From NCBI GenBank assembly GCA_963977445.1, contig CAXBPH010000052.1:1-32243 (forward strand): DNA of 32,243 bases, in the 5' to 3' direction. Below the pieces are notes generated by a model. The model was not told the origin of the DNA. It did no database searches and saw only the letters and a program-made list of their open reading frames with translations. This document shows positions 18,024 through 24,148 of this stretch, piece by piece (position 1 is the first letter of the stretch; every line of letters starts with the position of its first letter). Both the position numbers and the translations under genes were made by a program. Source of the stretch: an uncultured bacterium (GTDB taxonomy: Bacteria > Hydrogenedentota > Hydrogenedentia > Hydrogenedentales > JAEUWI01).

Positions 18024-18917
18024 ATGATTGCTTTGCGGCGCACGAAAGGGGAGACGGACGGCGACGTCTGGTCACTCAGTGCCTCGTCGTTGTTCTTAGG
18101 TCGCAGTGGTCAGTGTGACGTTACCGTCAACGACCCTACCGTATCACGGCGGCACTGTGAAATTGCGGCCCGAAACGGGGAAATTTTCCTGCACGACCTC
18201 GGAAGCAGCAACCTTACCCTCGTGAACGGCCAGCCGGTGAAGTCCACCCAGCTTTTTGTGGGGGATCGTATTACGGTCGGCACGGCGCACTTTGTTCTGG
18301 AAGATGGCGACGACGACGAGGATGGGGGCCCCGTGCCCAATTCAGCCCGCCATTCCCTTTCGGTTGAGCGGAATATCTTCATGGATGAATCGCGTATGCC
18401 GGAACTCATCGAACTGGGTGCCAAAGGGGTCGAAGCACTCAGTCAACTCTTCCGCCTGTCCCGCACTTTGAGTCAGGTCCAGACCATTCAGGATTTGTCC
18501 ATCGTTCTCCATGCGAGTCTCACGGAGGCATTCAATCCCGAACATTGCTGGATAGCCCGGTGTGTTGAAGAGCGCAGTAGTCTGACTTTCTTTGATGAGC
18601 GGGGCGTTGTGATTGACGCCCCGGAAGATGCTCCGCGGAAGATTATCGAATCGGCTTTCTTTCGCCGCAGCGGCTTACTCTGGCCCCGCATGAAAGACGG
18701 TGTGGTGGAAGCCCAGGTGGCCGCGCCCCTGGTCGTTCCGGAGCGGCGGGTGGGTATCATCGTGCTCCAGAGTCGGCCCGACCAGCTCTTTGATTCCTTC
18801 GATCTGGAATATCTGGCGGGCCTGGCCCACACGGCGGCACCCTTTGTAAAGTCCACGCAGCAAGCGGAACAGACCCAGTTATCTCTCACGAAATTAAGGA
18901 AGCAGTGGGGGCTCTAA
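18024..18917 (+). CDS. FHA domain plus GAF domain protein with no output domain
   Basis: FHA motifs LGRS, VSRRH, DLGSSNLTLVNG, GDRITVG. GAF-like end QVAAPLVVPERRVGIIVLQS...FDSFDLEYLAGLA. The ORF track starts at 17991; the ATG at 18024 is preferred. Confidence 0.85.
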   Translation: MIALRRTKGETDGDVWSLSASSLFLGRSGQCDVTVNDPTVSRRHCEIAARNGEIFLHDLGSSNLTLVNGQPVKSTQLFVGDRITVGTAHFVLEDGDDDEDGGPVPNSARHSLSVERNIFMDESRMPELIELGAKGVEALSQLFRLSRTLSQVQTIQDLSIVLHASLTEAFNPEHCWIARCVEERSSLTFFDERGVVIDAPEDAPRKIIESAFFRRSGLLWPRMKDGVVEAQVAAPLVVPERRVGIIVLQSRPDQLFDSFDLEYLAGLAHTAAPFVKSTQQAEQTQLSLTKLRKQWGL

Positions 18918-19032
18918 ATAAGCGAAGGTAGACCTCGAGCAAATCAAGCTCGTTAGTTTAGGCAATGTACGCACGTGTCTACTAAAAGTCAACGTATCAG
19001 CGGCTGGGCCACGATCGTTTAAAGCAGCCTTT

Positions 19033-19109
19033 GACCATTGGGAGCGCAGGTCTTGGACGCGCCAAAGGTGGGTGGCCCGCCTGCCCAGGGCCGAAGGCAC
19101 GTTGTTTTT
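19033..19109 (+). repeat. Dispersed 78-nt intergenic repeat, copy 2
   Basis: Near-identical to 14763-14840. Confidence 0.85.
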
Positions 19110-19215
19110 ACGTCTTCGACGTAATGACGGCGAGCCGCCCGCGCTCTCAAGCTCGCGTATTCGAAGCTGGCAGCCGATTGTCTTGGAAAATCTCCGAGAT
19201 GAATCTTCGCTTATT

Positions 19216-19379
19216 TAGTAGCCCGTTGCAAAGCTCGAACGTGGGCTACGAACGGCCTTCTTGGCCGAACGCTGCGTAGCGAATCCTTGAAAATACCTGT
19301 ATTTCCCGTGCTTCGCGTCTTGATTTCGGCAAAGAATGCTCGTTCTCGCCTTCACGCGCCTTTTGGCAACGGGCTGCTA
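19216..19379. mobile_element. MITE-like non-autonomous element with terminal inverted repeats
   Basis: Left end TAGTAGCCCGTTGC versus reverse-complemented right end TAGCAGCCCGTTGC (13/14 match). Internal inverted repeat CGAACGGCCTTCTTGGCCGAA / TTCGGCAAAGAATGCTCGTTC. TA at both ends and no ORF inside. Confidence 0.7.
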
Positions 19380-19393
19380 GTCGCCTGCACGGA

Positions 19394-19434
19394 GTCTGAC
19401 TCGTTAGTAGCTGGCGGGATGCCAGGAGTCAGAC
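19394..19434 (-). terminator. Hairpin immediately after the SGNH gene stop
   Basis: GTCTGACTC / GAGTCAGAC outer stem and CTGGC-GGGAT-GCCAG inner stem; no clear U-tract. Confidence 0.35.
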
Positions 19435-19436
19435 GC

Positions 19437-20660
19437 CTAGTTTGCAGGTGCCGGGTGCTTGGGTAAGGTCGGGCCCATCGAGTCCGCTATGAGTGCGGCC
19501 TTACGCTGATTTCCTGCGGCAGACATGTGAATGGGATCCGAATAGAAGGCGCGCTCCCGTGGCATCGATTCATGGAGCGGGACAAGCCCTGTATTCATCT
19601 CCTTGGACAGACGAACGACAACTTCCGTATGTTGCGCCAGGCCTTTCCGGTATCCGCCTTCCAGTTTTCGTGAGTCCGCGTCGGGCCCCGCAAAATCCGG
19701 TACGTCCAGGTAGGGCTGGGTTAAGAGCCAGACCTGGGCACCACTCTCACGGGCCAGCGCGACTTCCGCGCGGAGATTGTCTTCGAAAGCCGTCGTGGGG
19801 TTGGCATCCAGATTCACAAGGGCTTCGTCGACCGGCGGCATGGGGCGTTGGGTTTGACTCTGAAGAGACAAGGGCCTAATCCACCCAAGACCGTGGGCCA
19901 TCGTCAGCCAGGCGTGGGAGCGATAGAGCAGCTTATGCCAGTGCGACACGGTCAATGGCGTAAAGGGCGTTCGAAAATGGCTGTAATCCGCTTGGAATTC
20001 GGGATAGAATCGAGGAATGACATCGTTGATGGCATTCTGAATGAGGACAACGTCTGGTTTCAGCAACGGGATAGTGCGCTTCATGGTTCCCAGAATCTCT
20101 CGCGACGTATAGCCACCGACCCCGAGATTAAATACTTCTATCCGTTCCCAACCCTGCCCTCGGGCGGCACCCCAGAGGGTCTGCTCTAATTGGGCGGGAT
20201 AGGTGTCGTTATTACTTTCTACACCTACACCGTAGGTCGTAGAGCCTCCATAACAACATATCCGGAGCGTATCGCCATCTTTTGGTGGGAAGGGAGCTTC
20301 TTCCCGGAAGCCTTCGCTGTTGTGAATCGTCTTGCCCCCACCCTGTGATGCATTCAGTTCAAACTCGGGACGAAGGCGATAGGCCAATTCCTCATCGGGA
20401 ACGAAACGTATCCAGTCTGGACCCCGGCTTGCCAGGCGACCATAATCCTGTGTAATCCGATACAGGGTGGGGTTGGCGCTCTGCCGGGTGAGTGTGCGGG
20501 CTCCCATCTCGAGTCCACCAAGGAGGAGGAACAAAATTACAGCGATTGCGATAACCTGCCTGGCCCACGGGTACTTCTGGATTGGGGGGGGCGCTGTATC
20601 AGAGCGTGTGTTCAATGTGGTACGTGCTCCCGCAGTGAGATTGAGTCCGGCAATCATCAC
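19437..20660 (-). CDS. Membrane-anchored SGNH/GDSL hydrolase
   Basis: N-terminal TM; block I YGGSTTYG, block II NLGVGGYTS, block III NAIND, block V SDPIH. The exact start is uncertain. Confidence 0.88.
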   Translation of the reverse strand: MMIAGLNLTAGARTTLNTRSDTAPPPIQKYPWARQVIAIAVILFLLLGGLEMGARTLTRQSANPTLYRITQDYGRLASRGPDWIRFVPDEELAYRLRPEFELNASQGGGKTIHNSEGFREEAPFPPKDGDTLRICCYGGSTTYGVGVESNNDTYPAQLEQTLWGAARGQGWERIEVFNLGVGGYTSREILGTMKRTIPLLKPDVVLIQNAINDVIPRFYPEFQADYSHFRTPFTPLTVSHWHKLLYRSHAWLTMAHGLGWIRPLSLQSQTQRPMPPVDEALVNLDANPTTAFEDNLRAEVALARESGAQVWLLTQPYLDVPDFAGPDADSRKLEGGYRKGLAQHTEVVVRLSKEMNTGLVPLHESMPRERAFYSDPIHMSAAGNQRKAALIADSMGPTLPKHPAPAN

Positions 20661-20746
20661 CCATGCCGTAAACGGAGATCAAGATTTCACGATCACGTGC
20701 ACCGGTGTAACACCTGCCCGCCAGACGTGTATCCTGAATAGCGAAC

Positions 20747-21139
20747 TCAGCCGTTCGTAATCACCGTACCATCGTCCCCTTGCTTGGCCTTGCTGAGACG
20801 GCGGTAGGCCATTTTAATCAGATTTTCGGCCTTTCCACCATCGCTTGGATAGGTCACGACGGAAAAACGCAGATCCAGTTGGCTTTCGAAAAAGCCTTTA
20901 TACCGATCTACCGCAATGATGGCGCTCTGGCTGTCGGTCTCTCCCATCAGGACCGCAATAGAGCTGTCGAAATCGGCGATCACATCGCTATCACGAATGT
21001 GGGAGCCCAAAAAACTCCGTAACCCCGATATCCCCTGTTCCGTCGTCACCATAACCATGGAGACGAACCGGCGGTGCCGCTGGGCCCCGTAGAGTTCATA
21101 TTGTAATAGCTGCCTAAGAATAGTGAAGTCAGTCTTCAC
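20747..21139 (-). CDS. Small stand-alone degenerate GGDEF-like protein with an intact RxxD I-site
   Basis: GGGAG RBS before a GTG start. GGDEF-fold pattern LQYELYGAQRHRRFVSMVMV ... IRDSDVIADFDSSIAVLMGETDSQSA ... FSVVTYPSDG..AENLIKMAYRRLSKAKQG. The GGDEF motif itself is absent. Confidence 0.75.
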   Translation of the reverse strand: MKTDFTILRQLLQYELYGAQRHRRFVSMVMVTTEQGISGLRSFLGSHIRDSDVIADFDSSIAVLMGETDSQSAIIAVDRYKGFFESQLDLRFSVVTYPSDGGKAENLIKMAYRRLSKAKQGDDGTVITNG

Positions 21140-21185
21140 AGTGGTCTCCCAACGCTGATGTACGAAAAATGTTCCGCACTAGGGG

Positions 21186-21201
21186 AGCAAGATCCGTGCC
21201 G
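21186..21201 (-). promoter_or_regulatory. Sigma-54 (-24/-12) promoter for the GGDEF-like gene
   Basis: The minus strand reads CGGCACGGATCTTGCT against the consensus TGGCACGNNNNTTGCW, with GG-N10-GC spacing, about 47 nt upstream of the start. Confidence 0.8.
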
Positions 21202-21326
21202 CTGAAGTAATTGTTGAAGTGCGAAGTTGATGCTATGTAAGTTGCTTTAATAACTAGGGTTATATTTCCATCGACTTCCAGGATATTGTTCTCAAGCGCT
21301 GTGTTTACGTCGAAAAACTATAGAGT

Positions 21327-21342
21327 TACTCAGGCTTGAGTA
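21327..21342. promoter_or_regulatory. Candidate enhancer or operator palindrome
   Basis: TACTCA-GGCT-TGAGTA, about 130 nt upstream of the minus-strand sigma-54 site. Confidence 0.3.
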
Positions 21343-21498
21343 CTTTTTGAACGTAGTGAATATACCGGCACCATCAGGACCGGCATTTCGTGTGTCGTGT
21401 AAATTCTACGTTATTCTGGGGCAAGGCCACCGGATTTTTCAAGTCTGACGCTCCTTTTCTAGCCAACAGAGCACGAGACTGCATCTAGTGCGATATAA

Positions 21499-21521
21499 AA
21501 ATTGTCACTTATGAACAATTT
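21499..21521. promoter_or_regulatory. Candidate upstream activator sequence (UAS)
   Basis: AAATTGT-CACTTATGA-ACAATTT, a perfect 7-bp inverted repeat (TGT-N9-ACA) about 150 nt upstream of the plus-strand sigma-54 site. Confidence 0.45.
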
Positions 21522-21668
21522 AGGTCCTCTCGTCGATTGAGTTCGACCACAGGCGTATCGCTGTTCCACGGGGCAACTCACGAGAAGTAATCGAAGTTGT
21601 ACAACATATGGTATGTATAGGGGTGTTTTGCTTCGGTTTGGTACTAGTTGGCCGATTCGCCAAAAAGT

Positions 21669-21684
21669 TGGCACAATTGATGCT
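21669..21684 (+). promoter_or_regulatory. Sigma-54 (-24/-12) promoter for the activator/EPS operon
   Basis: TGGCACAATTGATGCT with GG-N10-GC spacing, about 95 nt upstream of the likely start. Confidence 0.78.
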
Positions 21685-21778
21685 CTTTTGCTGATGTTCA
21701 TGTCGGGACTATCTGTGATCTCGTGGCGTACTCGCCAGATGGATCCAGAATGCAGTGAATGAGGCAAAGGAGAATTCC

Positions 21779-22831
21779 GTGACCAGTACCCAACTACGAG
21801 ACATCTGGCAACATGAGTCCGTGACATTGCCGTTGCATGAACATCTTATTGGAGATGACCCGCGTGTCCGAGAAGTGGATGATCTTATTACACGCCTCGC
21901 TCGGGTTGATCTCTGCGTACTGATTCGAGGCGAAACCGGTACCGGCAAGGATATTGTCGCCAAGATGCTTCACCGGCGTTCGCCACGCTATGGCAAATCA
22001 TTTATTAAGGTAAACTGTCCCAGTATCCCTACGGATATTCTGGAGAGTGAGCTTTTTGGGTATGAGCGGGGGGCATTTACGGGGGCCGATACCTCGAAAC
22101 CGGGGCGCTTTGAGATGGCCCACGAGGGCACCCTTTTTCTCGATGAAATCTGCGAAACCGATCCCCAGGTACAGGTGAAGCTGCTTCAGGTACTCGATGG
22201 AGAACCCATTCTGCGTATCGGTGGTACGGAGCCCGTTCATTCAAATACGCGGGTGATCGCTGCCACCAACCTGGAGCTGGACGAAGCCGTTGCCTCGGGG
22301 CGATTGCGTGAAGATATATCCTTTCGCCTCCGGGAAGTGGTGGTGGAAATTCCACCGTTGCGGGAGCGACGGGAAGATATCTCTTTACTAGCCGAGCATT
22401 TTAATTATAATATGTGTAAAATGATGAAGAAGGATTACGTGCCGCTGTCGGGCGACTTGCTCGATGCATTACGTAAACTGAATTATCCCGGCAACGTACG
22501 CGAATTGTCCGGGCGCATCAAGAAATACGTGACGACGGGGCAGGTTGATCTGCTTCTTTCGGAAGAGCGGGCGACTGGTGGGGTAGAATTTCCAGAGTAC
22601 GATAGTAAATCGCTTACAATAGGTAGCACATCGTCGGGTCAGGAAGAACGGACCTTCATTCCATTGAAGGAAGCAGCGCGATTGGCTGCCGAGGCCGCAG
22701 AACGTGCCTTGATCGAAGAGACATTAAACTATACGCTGTGGAATCGTAGAAAGGCCGCGAAACTCTTGAGTACCAGTTATAGTTCCTTGCTTCGCCGAAT
22801 CGAAGCCTATGGAATCGGTAAACTCGACTAG
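21779..22831 (+). CDS. Sigma-54-dependent Fis-family activator (bEBP) lacking an N-terminal sensor domain
   Basis: Walker A GETGTGKD, ESELFGYERGAFTGA, Walker B TLFLDEI, YPGNVREL and a C-terminal Fis HTH. The AAA+ domain begins about 22 aa after the GTG at 21779, which has an AAGGAG RBS. The ORF track starts at 21755. Confidence 0.93.
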   Translation: MTSTQLRDIWQHESVTLPLHEHLIGDDPRVREVDDLITRLARVDLCVLIRGETGTGKDIVAKMLHRRSPRYGKSFIKVNCPSIPTDILESELFGYERGAFTGADTSKPGRFEMAHEGTLFLDEICETDPQVQVKLLQVLDGEPILRIGGTEPVHSNTRVIAATNLELDEAVASGRLREDISFRLREVVVEIPPLRERREDISLLAEHFNYNMCKMMKKDYVPLSGDLLDALRKLNYPGNVRELSGRIKKYVTTGQVDLLLSEERATGGVEFPEYDSKSLTIGSTSSGQEERTFIPLKEAARLAAEAAERALIEETLNYTLWNRRKAAKLLSTSYSSLLRRIEAYGIGKLD

Positions 22832-22850
22832 TATGCGGAAAAGGGTTGGA

Positions 22851-24131
22851 ATGACTATGCGCCTTAAACTCACCGTCGGATTTTCTGTAGCAATTGGATT
22901 GGCCCTCTTGGGCGGATGTGCCCATGATGGCAATACGGCGGGAGTTTCGACCACCGTGGATGCCACCGCTGGCAGTTCTGCCGTCAAGGAAGTTGTGCGG
23001 ATTCCTACCGAAGAAGCCCGACCTGCCGACGTGCCCGAAGGCCTTCTTGCGGCCGATGGCGAGCCCGAGGCCGATAGTCCTGAGGGGGTAGACGGCGATG
23101 TCATGGCGGTTACCGATACCTATCGTATCGGCCCGACGGACACCTTGGGATTTCGGTCTTTTGATGATGAAACGCTGAATACCAATTCGATTCAAGTGCG
23201 CCACGATGGCTACATCTCCTTGCCGTGGGTGCCCGACTTGAAGGTTGCGGGAATGACCCGGTCTGAAGCGACTGATGTGGTTCGCGAAGCCTATAAAGAG
23301 TTGTATTATGAAGCCGAGGTGAGCCTGCAGATAATTCAGGCTTCGAGCCGGACCTATACCGTTATGGGTGATGTTACCCGTCCCGCTGAATTCCCCTATC
23401 TGAAACCCATTACCCTGCTCGATGCCATTATATCGGCGGGAAGTCTGCGGGTGAATCAGCGCGGTGGCGACAGTTTTGTCGCGGGTCAGGGCCAGTTGGT
23501 AAAGGCCTTTATCGTGCGGGGTGAGGGGGAGGCGCGTGATGTCTCGGAATATGATCTCCGGGGCATGGAAAAGGGCGGAAGTCACGAAAGTCAGACTTTG
23601 GTGCGGCCCGGCGATATCGTTTTTATTCCCGAAGGCTTGAACCTGGTTTACCTCCTGGGTGAAGTGGGTCGCCCCGGCGTGCAGCCGCTCGCCGAAGGCA
23701 TGACCTTACTCCAATTGCTTGCCACGGCCAACGGACTTCGGGAGAGTACCGCCCGCATGCGAGAAGTAGTCTTGATCCGGGAAGTGAGTGAGACGGAAAC
23801 AGAAGTTCGTCTCATCGACGTGAAAGAGATGCTGAAAACAGGGCAAGATATGCCAATTCAACCAGGCGACATCATTTATGTGCCGCGAAAGCGTCTGGTT
23901 ACCCTGGGCGAATTCATCAGTCGTTCCACCGGTCTGGTAACCCCGATAATGGGGGTAACCTCGCAGGCCTTGGGCCTCTATTCGCAGGTCTACGACGCCT
24001 TCTACACCAAAGAACGGATCGACTTGCTCTACAACTCAAACAATTCCAGCCAGTTGCAAACAAACCTGCAATTGCTTGATGCGTTGCGTTCTGTCGGGAG
24101 TGCCGCGCAGGCTCTTGGTGGGATTCAGTAA
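22851..24131 (+). CDS. wza: Polysaccharide export outer-membrane lipoprotein (Wza/OPX family)
   Basis: Lipobox LLGGC; Poly_export motifs YRIGPTDTL, VRHDGYISLPWV, VAGMT; two SLBB repeats (VMGDVTRP, LLGEVGRPG, PGDIIYVP); C-terminal amphipathic helix. The start is 22851 or 22857 (ORF track 22809). Confidence 0.92.
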   Translation: MTMRLKLTVGFSVAIGLALLGGCAHDGNTAGVSTTVDATAGSSAVKEVVRIPTEEARPADVPEGLLAADGEPEADSPEGVDGDVMAVTDTYRIGPTDTLGFRSFDDETLNTNSIQVRHDGYISLPWVPDLKVAGMTRSEATDVVREAYKELYYEAEVSLQIIQASSRTYTVMGDVTRPAEFPYLKPITLLDAIISAGSLRVNQRGGDSFVAGQGQLVKAFIVRGEGEARDVSEYDLRGMEKGGSHESQTLVRPGDIVFIPEGLNLVYLLGEVGRPGVQPLAEGMTLLQLLATANGLRESTARMREVVLIREVSETETEVRLIDVKEMLKTGQDMPIQPGDIIYVPRKRLVTLGEFISRSTGLVTPIMGVTSQALGLYSQVYDAFYTKERIDLLYNSNNSSQLQTNLQLLDALRSVGSAAQALGGIQ

Positions 24132-24148
24132 ACTCGGAAGGTAAATCA

